A stretch of 64,000 bases of DNA from Callorhinchus milii (taxonomy: Eukaryota): positions 1-64,000 of the forward strand of contig NW_024705102.1 of NCBI RefSeq assembly GCF_018977255.1, read 5' to 3'. Every line of letters begins with the position of its first letter. Within the stretch, counting starts at the first letter, position 1. Below the pieces are notes generated by a model. That model saw nothing but the letters and a program-made list of their open reading frames with translations. It had not been told where the DNA came from and did not search any database. Below, one piece after another: positions 37,131-49,505 of the stretch. Both the position numbers and the translations under genes were made by a program.

Positions 37131-37283
37131 TCAAGCTCCGGAAAGGACACATACAGTGCAGTGAGTTGGACAGACCAGTGACAGACACAGACAATCATCA
37201 GACGTTGACTCTTCCTGCTGTAAGTCATGTTGGAATATGTTTTAGTTAATGGTATTGACTACGTGTCTCCTGTCTCTCCGCAG

Positions 37284-37591
37284 TGTCCGTGTCTTCTGAT
37301 AGCTCTCTGACCCGGGGTGGCCGGCTGGCTCTGACCTGCAACATCTCTCACCCTGGTTATTTTAACACCAAACACACAATACATATTGACGGCTCCATCA
37401 CAACAGGGAGAATTGAGGTACAGTGAGTACATGATGGGAACGTGATTATCATTGACACTCGTCACTCTGTGGATCTCAGAAGATTAAACATCAGCAAACT
37501 TGAACACATATATTCTGGATCCTATCGTTATACTTTCAAGATAAAGGTTTCACTCCGTCCTACCAACAAATTAACGTGACTGTCCTATCAG
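37284..37591 (+). pseudogene. IgSF C2-type domain exon, disabled
   Basis: ctccgcag| VSVSSDSSLTRGGRLALTCNISHP..EVQ*VHDG..LNISKLEHIYSGSYRY ..QQINVTVLS |gtgagt; Trp->TGA at 37424, F-strand Cys->Tyr, 308 nt (frameshift). Confidence 0.82.
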
Positions 37592-37719
37592 GTGAGTGTG
37601 AGTGCTCCCAGTGATCGCTCTACACTCTCTTCCTTTCGCTCTCTCGCATTCTCTATGTGTTGGTATCCATCTCTCTTACACTCCTTCTCTGTCACTCCGT
37701 CTTTCTCTGTCTGTATCTG

Positions 37720-37830
37720 TGTGTCTCTGCCGCAGTAATGTGTTAAAAATGATAAAGAAATTCGATAAAAGACAAAGATTTCACCACGACTTTCCAGCAA
37801 ATTAACGTGATTGTTCTATCGGGTCAGTGT
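37720..37830 (+). pseudogene. Internally deleted duplicate of the C2 exon
   Basis: Acceptor-like gtctctgccgcag, then ttccagcaaattaacgtgattgttctatcgggtcagtgtga matching 37560-37600. Confidence 0.65.
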
Positions 37831-37847
37831 GATCTCAGTGATCACTC

Positions 37848-37902
<55 letters not shown>

Positions 37903-38079
37903 TCCATCTCTATCTATCTCTCTTCTCTCCCGCTCTGTCGGTTTCTGCATCTCTGTCAATCTCATTCATTGTCTCTCCCTCTTTTCTTCTACTGTCAGTT
38001 TTTGTGTCGCTCTCTCTTGAAATCTCGGGTATTTTAAAATAACGGTTGAATTTGAGAGGGAAGCTGCACAGAAATTAGA

Positions 38080-38320
38080 CCATCTGTTGGGTTTTCACAC
38101 AAAAAGAGATGTGTGACTCCGGAAGTCTCCCTTTCTCTCTCTGAACGCTGTGCATTATGATTGGATCCATTCACATTGTCCAGACTGAGGTTTGAAATTT
38201 CAGCGTCTCAAGGATTATGGGGCCGAGGCGGGTAAAGGGATTTTAGGTACAGATCAGCCATAATGTAATATAATATTGGAACAGGCTCGAGTGGATAATT
38301 GGTCTCCAACTGTTCATATC
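38080..38320 (+). mobile_element. CR1 3' end fragment
   Basis: aaggattatggggccgaggcgggtaaa..gatcagccat..ggaacaggctcga, as in 1170-1290. Confidence 0.7.
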
Positions 38321-38369
38321 TGCCGGTCGGTTGGTCGTTCGTTCGGTCATTCGTTCGTTCGGCCGTCCG

Positions 38370-38514
38370 NNNNNNNNNNNNNNNNNNNNNNNNNNNNNNN
38401 NNNNNNNNNNNNNNNNNNNNNNNNNNNNNNNNNNNNNNNNNNNNNNNNNNNNNNNNNNNNNNNNNNNNNNNNNNNNNNNNNNNNNNNNNNNNNNNNNNNN
38501 NNNNNNNNNNNNNN
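38370..38514. other. Assembly gap (N run)
   Basis: Run of N. Confidence 1.
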
Positions 38515-39815
38515 CTGTATGTTCGCTGTTTTGGAGGAAGATGCCATGATCAAGGATTGGACAACTTTTCAATTTTAGAATGGGGATAAGCACAGACCCA
38601 GAACTTAAACAGTTGAAAATAATAATTAATAACATGTAAAGATCTGATTTTACCAAATCGTATCTCCACAAGCTGCAGACCTCACAAAACTCTGCAGCTT
38701 ATTTTCTCTCCCGCACCAGATTCCAACAACTTTGCCTTGCTTAACTAGCGCCCCATCCTGCAGTGGCTGAATAGTTTCATTCCCTTGATATGTTCCTTTC
38801 TGCTGATCCATGTAACCATAAATCAATCCATCGATCTATCTCGGGCAAGAGGAAGATTGATCGATAATTCGGGGACTCATCAGATAGATTCAGGTTACAA
38901 AGGGTGATGGATAGAGACATCGAGATTTATGGAACTGACTGATGTGTGGGGGAGATGGATAAAATATTGGGGTGTCCGGGGATGGATTCAGTCATAACAG
39001 CGAGACTGGTAGCGAATCGGGCAGTCACGGATATATTGATATGTTCAAAGGAGATGGACAGACACCTCGGGGCGGCAGGATGTACTGAAACGCGAGCGGC
39101 ATATAAGAGCAGAAGAACATAAGAATTAGGAGCAGGAGTAGGCCATACGTCCCCTCGAACCTGCCCTTCCATTCGATAAAATCATGACTGATCTTCTGAC
39201 CTAACTCAAGATAGAGGCTTGTGGAATCAGGGCATGGATGAGTTGGATTAGGGCCAAGGGTAGAGTTGTGTGTACTCAGGAAGAGGATTGAGGTGTGAAT
39301 TGAGATAGATTGACACCAAGGGGCACCAGGGCATGGACTGAGGTGCGATAGGAAGATAAATAGAGAATTGCTGAGTCCGAGGAAGAACTGAGGTGTGAGA
39401 CAGCGATGGATACAGATTTGGAATCGTCAGGGGTTGGATTTTGGTGTGAGAAGTAGATGGATTGGGACATTGGGGTGTCAGGGTTTGCATTAAGGATTGA
39501 GAGGGAGATGGACTGAGACGTGGGGGTGTCAGGGGATGGATTAAGTTGTGAGCGCGAGATGAATACAGACTTTGGGCAGTCAGTGGATGTATCAAGTTGT
39601 GACAAGGAGAATGATAGCGATTTGGGGGGAGTCAGGATGGGATAAAGATATGCGAATGAGAAGGATAAAGACTTGCGGGATTCAGGTGATGGAATTATGT
39701 GTGAAAGGCGGCAGATTGAGATTGAGTTGTCAGTGGAGAGTATGAAGGTTCAGCATTATTTTAGAGGAAAGTGCCGTGACCAACAATAGGACTACTTGTC
39801 AGTTTTATTTTACAG

Positions 39816-39863
39816 ATATCAAAACCACTCCCCCAACTACAAAGAGCATGCGAACCGCAGGAG
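39816..39863 (+). pseudogene. Candidate IgSF mini-exon 1 (Thr/Pro-rich, stalk-like)
   Basis: ttttattttacag| DIKTTPPTTKSMRTAG |gtaagt; 48 nt, phase 1-1. Confidence 0.65.
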
Positions 39864-40625
39864 GTAAGTTGTTAATAAAAGTAATAATTATTCATCTGTA
39901 ACGTTCTGATTTCCCAACTTTTGCCACCACAAGTTGCAGATCATCCTGAAATCTGCAGCATGTATCCCTTCCAACACCATTCTCCACCAACCTACCCAGG
40001 CTCCACTGGCCCACAATCCTACAGAGGTAAAAGTTCAAAATCTTTATTATCGCCTTCAACGACCTCCACGGCCTTGCTGTTCCCTAACTCTGTGACCCAA
40101 CTCCATATCCACCTGACTGTACACTCCGCTAAGCTGTCTGAGCCCTGCTCCATGCTCCACGCCCTGACTGACGTACCATCGAAGGGCAGATATACAGCCT
40201 CTCCAACTCCACCCTCTGGAACGAAATCCCATAATCCCTTCGCCTTGCTCTCAACCTTCCTTCTTCGAAGGCACATTTCAAGCCCATAGTCTTCAACGAC
40301 GCTTTCAGCCACCCTCCAACTCTCCGAAGCCTTCACATTCTATTACGCCAATACCCTCTTTTCCATCCATCACCAGGCCGTGTCCCAAAATGTGCCTGCT
40401 CAGGGTCTTGGGACGTCCTCATAGATGATTGGAGACATTGGGGTGTCAGTGTATGATTAGTGTGCGAGAGAGAGATGGCTATAACCTTGGGGGTTTCAAT
40501 TGATGGAATGAAGTGTGAGAGGTTGATATTGAGTTGGCAGTGGAGAGCATGGAGGTTGAACGTTACATTAGAGGAACGTGCCATGACCTACAATAAGACC
40601 ACTTGCAATTTTTTTGACATCACAG

Positions 40626-40667
40626 CCTTTCTCAAAACTCCAAAGGGGATGATCGCAGGCGCAAGAG
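40626..40667 (+). pseudogene. Candidate IgSF mini-exon 2
   Basis: cacag| AFLKTPKGMIAGAR |gtaagc; 42 nt; flanks homologous to mini-exon 1. Confidence 0.5.
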
Positions 40668-41145
40668 GTAAGCTATCAGCAGTAACAATAGCCAATAATC
40701 TGAAAATATCTGATTTCCCCACTTTTACCTCCAACAGCTACAAATCATCCAGATCTGTGCAGCTCGTGTGCTCTCCCACAGCAGCTCCATCACACTCACC
40801 CGGCTCCACTGGCTCCCCATCCTGCAAGATGACATTTCAAAATCCTTGTCCTCTGCTTCATGGTCCTCCACGACTTTGCTCCTCCCTCTCTCTGTACCCA
40901 GCTGTCCACTCCCTCCGCTCAGCAAACTATGCCCTTCTCCATATTCCCCGTCCGGCCTGACCACCAACGGCGGGCAGACCTTCAAGCTCTCCATAACCAG
41001 CGTCTGTAACTCCATCCCATATTCACTTTGCCTTGCTCCCACCTTTGCATATTTGAAGGCACATTTAAAGATACTCATCTTCGACCGCGCCTTCAGCCCT
41101 CCTCCAGTCCTCCCTGACTTACACACGCCCTTACTTTTTTTTCAG

Positions 41146-41190
41146 ATATTACAACCATAGCTAAAAAGGCGATGAGCACGGACACAGAAG
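41146..41190 (+). pseudogene. Candidate IgSF mini-exon 3
   Basis: ctttttttttcag| DITTIAKKAMSTDTE |gtaagt; 45 nt, phase 1-1. Confidence 0.65.
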
Positions 41191-42719
41191 GTAAGTTTTT
41201 TAGTATAAGGATAATTAACTCTGTAAAGATCTGATTTTCCAACATCTACATCCAAAAGCTGCAGATAATCCCCACAATCGCGCCTTCAAACACCCTTCAA
41301 CCTTCCCTGCCCTCCACACACCCTTAACCCAATATCCCCAACCCACCATCTCGTACCCACATCCCTTAATGTTCCAAGCCTTGGAACACTCTCGCAACTT
41401 GAAAGTCGTGATGGTAATGTCGTCTTGCATTCTAAAATTTTGCTTCAATAATGTCTTCGCTCTGATCGCTCACAGGCCAGACTAATATGATTTTGAACGG
41501 CATCAGAATCGCGGTGGTGATCCTAATGACGTTTGCCCTCATCCTCGTGATCTATGATGCACTCACGAGATGCGGGGAAAAGCCAGGTGTGGGGACACGC
41601 GTGAAGGAACACGAGTGAGGGGACACGTGTGTGGAGAAACGCGGGTCTTGTTGCCGTGAGCAAAATAGCAACCCGCGGAATATATGACCTGATATTTAAT
41701 CTTATCTGGACAGACAGAGACTCAGAGAAGGACATTGAGGCGTCACAGATTGTTTCAGGATCTTGCTTGCGACACAGATTGAGAGATAGGAGTGTGTTCA
41801 GCTGCTGGTCTCTCCCCATTAAACACACCATCAGAGCCAGGGGAAGGAGACCGTTTATTGTCAGACTGGGAGGAGCTGTTGGGCAGTACGTTTGGAATAA
41901 CGGGACGGATTGAGGTTCGAGATGGATACAGCAACATGTGGGAGTCAGCCGATGCATTGATGTGTGAGACGTTCACGGATAGGATTTTGGTGGAGTCAGG
42001 TGATCGATTGATGTATCAAAAATAGATGGATAGAGACTCGGGGAGTAAGAGAGATGTATCGAGGTGTCACAGGGGTCGGATAGAGATTTGTGGGAGTTAT
42101 GGTATAGATTCAGGCGTGAGTAGTCCACAGCAAGAGACATAGGAGAGCCAAAGCATGGATTGACATGAATGAGACTTGGGTATGTCACGGAATAGAGTTT
42201 GGTGTGAAAGAGAGATGGATCGAGACACGGAGAGCAGGTTTGGATTAAGGTGTCAGGTACAAATAAATAGAGAATTGAAAGCCACCTTGACACAGTGATT
42301 ATTATCTCTCCATATTACTGAAAGGACAGAAGTGCGTTACACGCTCTAACCCTCTTTCCTCTTCTCTACAACTCCACAGCGGACCCTAGAGCCATAAAGA
42401 ACTCAATACCTCTGGATACCTTGAGGAGATCTTCATCGATAGCCTTTAATGATAGAGACCAGGGTGTCTGAGTTACCCGGTAACTTTTCATTCCACCCAC
42501 AAAGTGTATTCCCGTCACAATACGTAAAGTTCTGTGTAACCACATTACTGGCTTAGCTTTTCGCAACACAAACCTCTTGCGTGTCGCACATTCCGGAATA
42601 CAGTGGAAGATGCTTAAGATGCTTAGGTTCCTCCCATTGCTGTGACCATTGGAGGGGACTAATTCACATCGCTGGAGCCACTTGTGAACGGATGGCGATC
42701 CACCCAATCACAGGCATAT

Positions 42720-42920
42720 TATAATAATCATTGCATTTGTCAAAGCGCCTAATCACATCTTCCAGATGTCTCGAAGCGCTTCACAGGACACAATTTAATG
42801 TGCAGTAACTGTATTTTTGTGCGCGACTGTATATTTTGTTCAGCCAACTGGACACTGTGATGTTCCCACACAAAGTCGTGGATTCACTGATCACATTATT
42901 GTTTTCTTTGGGGGATTATT
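42720..42920 (-). mobile_element. Degenerate SINE tail
   Basis: ttgcatttgtcaaagcgcc..gaagcgcttcacag..ttcccacacaaagtcgtggattc. Confidence 0.65.
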
Positions 42921-43059
42921 AACTGTACTAACAGAAAAGTGCGGTTGGACTTTTGTGTGGATTCCGCTACAAACAGCCCTCTTCACAACAAATCCTCTAA
43001 AAAATATATAGTTTTGGCCCGAGAAGCTCTCGCCGCTTACTCAACGTCATCCTTATCTC

Positions 43060-43440
43060 TCTGTGTGTGTGTGTGTGAGTGTATTCCTGTGTGTGCGTAA
43101 ATATGATTGCCTCTACCTGTGTTTTTCTAAGTGTCAGTGTTTGCTTGAGTCCATGTGTTTGTGAGTGTCTGTGTGAGTCTCTCTCTGAGTGGTTGTGAGT
43201 TTCTGTGTGGGTCTGTCTCTGTGTGCTTGTGAGGGACTGTGTAAGTCTCTCTCTCTCTCTCTGTATCTTTCTGAGTGTCTCTCTCTATCTGTTTGTGAAT
43301 GTCTGTGTGTCCTTGTCTCTGTGTGTTTGTGAATGCTCGTGTGTGTCTCTCTCTCTGTGTTTGTGCGTATCTGTTTTTGTCTCTCTTTATGTCTTGTGAT
43401 TTTCAAGAAACACACAGAAAAGTACTCTATCACACACACA
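43060..43440 (+). repeat. TG/TC-rich microsatellite
   Basis: Direct inspection. Confidence 0.85.
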
Positions 43441-45344
43441 GACATGGGAGTTGCGTAATTAACCTGAATAAACTTTGCTCAGCTGTTTGTCTAATTGATG
43501 CATAAGGTTTCAACCACTCACAAAATAAGAGATATGTTACCACGAGTGGAGGGCACTGCAGAAGTTTAATTTGTGTTTGTTTCTAAGATATCTGAAAACG
43601 ATCCATATATGTTTATCACGAATTAGAATAAGCGACTGTCTGTAAATCAAGGCTCAATCTCTCCCTGGAGGCCCGCAATCTTCTTAATTAATACTGGAGA
43701 TTATACGGCACAAATTTGCGAGAAGAAAAGTTTTGGGTCCCCAGAGTGCGAGCTCATGTGCAGCTCAGCTTGAGTTTTACAACACAAAAGTGAACGCTTG
43801 CCACAGATAAAAATAATGCATTGAATTCCAAAATTATTTCATTGTATTATAATGGCCGTTTGTGGGACATTGCTGAGCAACTGTTCTGCCATATTTGCTC
43901 ACACAGAAACAACGACTTCATGTTGAGGGTTTCAGATATTCTTTTGAAATTGTAAGTCAGATCACCTCCAACTGTTAGGCAACACTCAATCAGAGATATT
44001 AATAATTACAACAATAATAATAACAATAACAATATCAATAATAATAATCCTTGCATTTGATACAGCATTTTTCACTTCACCCAGACGTTTAAAATCCCTT
44101 CAGAGAATTGACTGTGAAGTAAATTGACTGTATTTTCGTACATTCATTAATTTCACTGACATATTTCTTGTACATCTCCATTGCATCCATTCCAATACAT
44201 TATTATCTTTCCTAATGCGAGGAAATCTGAACACAGTGCTGTCGCTGCAATCTAACTAATGACACACACCAACATGCCATTACCAGCTAAATTTCGTATT
44301 CTGTGGTTCCCCCTGTATAAGCCACAACACTGTCAGCTTTCCACAGATATTTCGACACCAATAATGGAAAGGATATCGTGGCTGCCACCTTCAGATTGTT
44401 GTAATGGGTTAATGTTAAAGTGTGTTTTAAGAATATAATCTATAAGTGCAAAGGCTGCAAAGCTAAGTAACTGCAAATCAGAACCCAAAGCGATGCGGCA
44501 AGATAAGTTTGGGAAGTACAAGGAGACAGAAAGTAGATACTGTGCTGCACAAGCTTGTAGAACATAACCATATAGTGATCTGCTTTTCTTAAAAAAGACA
44601 GTTTTGTGGACTACATAAGCCATCTTTAAAGAAAGAGATGTCAGATACATCTCCAGAACGGTAATGGAGCCGTGCGAGAGATGACCATTTCTGCAACAGA
44701 AATTCGGTAGTACCATTTCCTGTCTTGTGTATTATTGTTTCATTTATTTGTGTATTACCTGCTGTTTTGACCTGAATAAAGTGACTTAACTAATCAAATT
44801 GGTAAACTGGAACCGGATCATTCTAAAGTTGTTGGACAGAGTTGCAAATGTTTGTAAAAAATTACTCAGATGAAACCAGCTCTCATGGGCCTTTGCTCAT
44901 CGATCTTCCCGTTTTACTAATATATTGAAGTATTGCTGTTTCTATACGTTGACAAAATCTTTAGAATTCGCCTTAATATTGTCAGATAGAATTCTTCGTG
45001 TTCCGCGTGATGTCTCAACTAAAACTGAACTCCACGACATAGTGATCCAAATAAAGTAGATTGTTTCAATGTTAACGACATTTTCTTCCACTCTTTGTAG
45101 CTTTCAAAAGTGACATGAAACTATTTTTTATGTAGGCGAATCACAACTTGTATTCGCAGAGATACATGCATTCTATTTGCGCAGCAAACTATACAACACA
45201 TATAGAATGAAACAATCGGATTTTAAAAAAATAATTGTGAGTTAGTCAACGTGGAAACTTTATGAATGAAACTTCCCATCTGAAGGCCAGTTGAAGCGTT
45301 CGGATCAGCGCGGATGGCTTTTGATAATGGATTTCATCATAGGG

Positions 45345-47400
45345 AGAATCATAGAATCATAGAAGTATATAACGCCGAAAGAGGCCATTCGGATAATCGA
45401 GTCTTTGCCGACTCTCTGAAAAGAGCTTTCTAAATCAACTCCAATCACTCGCACAATCCCCACAGCCCTGCAAATTTGCCCTCTCCAAATAATTATCTAC
45501 TTCTATCTTAAAATTCGTTGTTGGATCGGAATCCAATACACTTTCAGGCAATGCATTTCAGATCCAAACAACTTGCACAACCGTTTGAAAAAATTGTTTT
45601 CGCTTCCCATCAATTTCTTTCAGCGATTGTTTTAAATTGTGTCCTTGGGTTACCGACCCACACGTCGCCTGAAGTAGCTTCTTCTTGTTTACTCTATCGA
45701 ATCCCGTCATAATTCTTTCTACGTCTATTAAGTCTCATCTTAAGCTTCTTGGCTGAAAGAAGAATAATGCTTCTATTGCCTCTCCTGATAAAAGAAGTCC
45801 ACAGTTCCAGGTACCATTACAGATCAGTCTGCTTTTCACCCCGTGCAATGCCTTGACATGCTTCCTAAAGTTTGGTGCCGAGAACCGGAGACTGTACTCT
45901 AGGTGTGGCTTAACCAGTCTTTTATTCATAAATTCCTGACTTTTGTATTCTAAGCCCCTAATGAACAAGCCTGGTATCGCGTGTGCTTTTAATGATAACA
46001 GGTTTTTACGTGCACTGCCACCTTCAATCATTTGCTTGTATGAATCCTTAGCTCTCTATGCTCTTCCACTCCCTTTCATCTATCTTATATTGCCTGTCAA
46101 ATCCAAGGATTATTATTATTATTATGTGTCCTCCGAAAATGCATCAATTCGCATTTCTCCAAGTTAAACTTTATCTTCCACCTGTCTGCCCATCTTATCA
46201 GTCTGCCTATGTTCGTGTGTTGTCTGCTGCAACACACGTAGAGTTTATTCCATTTCGGAGCAAAGTAAGATCTGCAAACTTGGAAATCATACATCCTATA
46301 CTTAATTCCAGGTTATATATATAGATTCTAAACAGCAGTGGTCCCAATACTGACCCCTGGTGGTCAGCAATGCGCATTTACCTCCAGTCAGTAAATCAAC
46401 CTTTAACAAACTCCGTCTGGTTTGTCGCTCCGAGCCAGTTCTGTAACAACTGTGCCACTGTCACATTAATATCAAGAGCTTCTTTTGGCACTTTATCAAG
46501 GGGTGTTTGAAAATCCATATAAACGACATAAACTGCACTACCTTGGTACAACCTCTCCGGCAATTCACGAAAAATTTCTAGCAGTTCTGTAAGACACGAT
46601 TTAACTTTAGCAAATCTGTTTTTGCTGCCCTTCATTGAACCATATTATTCTGAGTGAAAACATATTTTGACACGATTACATTCTCTTGAAGCTTCCCCGC
46701 TATTAAATTTGACTAATGGCTAAGAGTTCCCCGGGTATTCCTACTGCTCTTTTTTTGTGCAATAGAATAACATTTACAATACACCATTCATCTGGCAGAA
46801 TCACGGTGTCTAAGGAAGCTTGAAAGATTGTGGCCAGATCAAAAATCTATCAAGTTTGTGACGCTGGTTTTCCGTTGAGTAAGTCTGTGTTGATTGTCCT
46901 CAGTTAACCCTTATTTTTGTAACTGAAAATTTACTTTTTCCAGTATTATTGCAACACTCCAGTCCCTTCCCCGGTATCCAAGGAGTATTTACATTTTGTA
47001 ACCAGAGCCGTCGTTATTTGAACCCGCACTGCATTCAGTAAACTATGTTGCATCCTGTCCTGACTGGGTGACATATCTTACTTGAGAACCAACGAAGTTT
47101 TTTTTTAACTCCACTCGGTTTATCCTTATCTAATCCAATTTCTGCAATCCCTCCTCCGATACTATAGCATTTCGTGCATTTTCTTCTTTTGCGAAGAAAG
47201 AGGCAAATTACTCATTCAGTATGTTAGCCATTCCCTCTGCCTCCACAAGAACGTATCTTTTTTGTCGGTAATTGGCACACATTAGATTTCACTAACTTAC
47301 TATTTTTAGTATGCTTAAAAAATACCCTGTGCTTCCATTAAATCTTATTCGCTAATTTAGGTTGTTTCATAAACTAAATAAAGAAAGTAGTACGAGGTTA
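45345..47400 (-). mobile_element. Degraded CR1 LINE (RT to 3' end)
   Basis: Terminal atcatagaatcataga; ORFs LVKPHLEYS..FSAP, WADRWKIKFNLEKCELMHF, KSCLTELLEIF..AVYVVYMDFQTPLDKVP. Confidence 0.88.
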
Positions 47401-48810
47401 AATGCATTATAGGGAAAAATTGAAGGGATATCATTGGCAACAGTGAAATTTACATCAATATGTTAAGAGAAAGAGAGAAGCAAAGGGAATTCTGGGACAG
47501 TTAAAGTCACATGTGGAAGTGCTTTCGCGAACAATATGCTAATGGCAGGCGAATTGAATAAATACATTTCTTCTTTTGTCAGAGTACAGAAAGAGCACAA
47601 AATACCAGCAGAACAAACGAAACCGAAAATAACCCAAACCGAAGCAGGATATAATGAATTAAAAATATGGTTTTTTGTACAAATGATGGAATTAAAGAAA
47701 AACAAGTCTGCGCGACCCAATAGGTTCCACCCCATTGTATGGAAGGAAGTAATGGAGGTTATTGCTAATGCATTATTCATGATTGTCCAAAGATCTCTTT
47801 ATTCAGCACTGTGCCCTTGGATTCGAGACTGCAAATTTCATTCCATTACTTAAGAAGGTAGAGAGGGAGAAAGCATGTAATTGCAGGTTTCCCTGCTGAA
47901 ATTCAGTGATGTAGAATTTACTGAAATTCTTCATACAGGAATAGTGCGAGTGAGCGTTTGCAAAATATGAACTGATCAAAGACAGTCAGCATGGATTTGT
48001 GAAGGTAGGTGTTGTTTGACCCATCTGATTGATTTGTTGTAAAGAGGCAACTAACATTTTGGTTAAGTGAAGGTCTGCGGATGTAGTCTACATGGGCTTC
48101 CAGAAGCTGATCATATTCCTTGCAAGAGGTTAACAGCAAAAATAATATTGCATGGAATTGGAGGTAAACTTCCGATGTGGTAGGGTAATTGGTTGCGAGG
48201 TAACTAAAAGATGTTTGTGGAGAAAGAACCTTCTCTAGTTAGGAGGACGGGTCAAAAATAATATAATAATAATGCTTGCATTTGGTATACCGCAAAGCAC
48301 TTCTTCTAGACTTTTGAAAGCGCTTTGCAGAATATATCTTAAAGTGAATTGACAATCGGTGTTATTCAGGTGTCTGTACTGAGGACTCCGCTTTTGATCG
48401 TACATAAGTGACTTGCACGAAGGAATAGAGAAACATATACCCAAATCTGCAGGTGACACAATGATAGGAGGGTCAGTATTGTTCTAGAATGAAAGCAGGA
48501 AGAATGAAATGGAATTACAAAGATTAAGTGAGCCTATAGGTTTGTGGCAGATGGAAGAGCCAATGAATTTGGGTGCCCACCTACACAATTAAATAAATAC
48601 AATTTCAAAGTTACAAAAAGTATGAAGTTGACAAGTGGGATGTTGGCCTCTATGTCATGGAGGCTGGAACACACAGGAGAGCAAATGACGCCTCAAATAT
48701 AGAGAGCATTGGTCTGTTCTCATCAGAAGACTACATGTAATTTTTCGGCATCACACATCAGGAAGGATATCGTGTTTCTGGAGTGCGTATATCGCAGATT
48801 TAGCAAAATG
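47400..48810 (+). mobile_element. Degraded CR1 LINE ORF2 fragment
   Basis: MAGELNKYISSF..KSARPNRFHPIVWKEV..IANALFMI; cagcatggatttgtgaaggtagg; PQSTS..LLIVYISDL.EGI. Confidence 0.82.
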
Positions 48811-49019
48811 ATGGTTAGTTGGTTAATTGGACTGGAGTTGGTAACCAGCGATGGTCCGCAAAATGCGGAACAGGCTGTAGGGGCAGAATGGCATACTCGT
48901 GTTTCCATGTTTCCCTCTGTCTCCTCAATCATTCTTGTCACCCACTCGAGTTTGCATTTGTCAGCTCCCGACTGGACTTGTAAAATACCCTGTTTGCCGG
49001 TCTCCCCAGCTCCACCATG

Positions 49020-49505
49020 CACAGGATCAAACTCATCCAAAACTACGCTGCCCGCATACTAATTCTTAAACCGATCTGACCAGTTTTAACGAAGCTCGAA
49101 TGCTCCCCATCATCGAACTGGTCCAGGTATGATTCTCACACTCGTATTCAAATCCCTTCATGCCCTCGTTCCTCCATATTTTTCTGACATGTTTAGCCCC
49201 CAAAGCAAAACCCGCTGCCTCTGTTCGACTGCTTACAATCTTCTCCATGTGCCGCTTGATCCTTGTTATCCATTGGAGTCCACCGGTTCAACCACTAAGA
49301 CCTAAAGCTCGGGAACTCTTTTCCTTAGCCCTTTCCCTTTACACCTTGCCTTCCGTCATCTGGACCCTCTGAATATGTCCCTGTTCGACAGTACCTGGAG
49401 TAACCTCCCGCATCCCCTGGCTTGCAGTTGTGCTCCACCAATGTCCAGCGCTCTGAAATGCTGCCCTCAGTGCGGGGCGCTGTATAATTGCAAGATATTT
49501 TTCTT
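49020..49505 (+). mobile_element. Degraded L2 3' fragment
   Basis: atccaaaactacgctgcccgcatact; tail cagcgctctgaaatgctgccctcagtgcggggcgctgtataattgcaag. Confidence 0.65.

Noticed and set aside
37424-37426. TGA as selenocysteine or programmed readthrough (and TAG at 36541)
   Set aside because: Falls at the conserved Ig Trp (TGG->TGA) alongside Cys loss and a frameshift; simple decay explains it.
44333-44780. 127-aa minus ORF, or a decayed plus-strand exon followed by AATAAA
   Set aside because: No recognisable family and multiple stops in the plus frames; would need TBLASTX.
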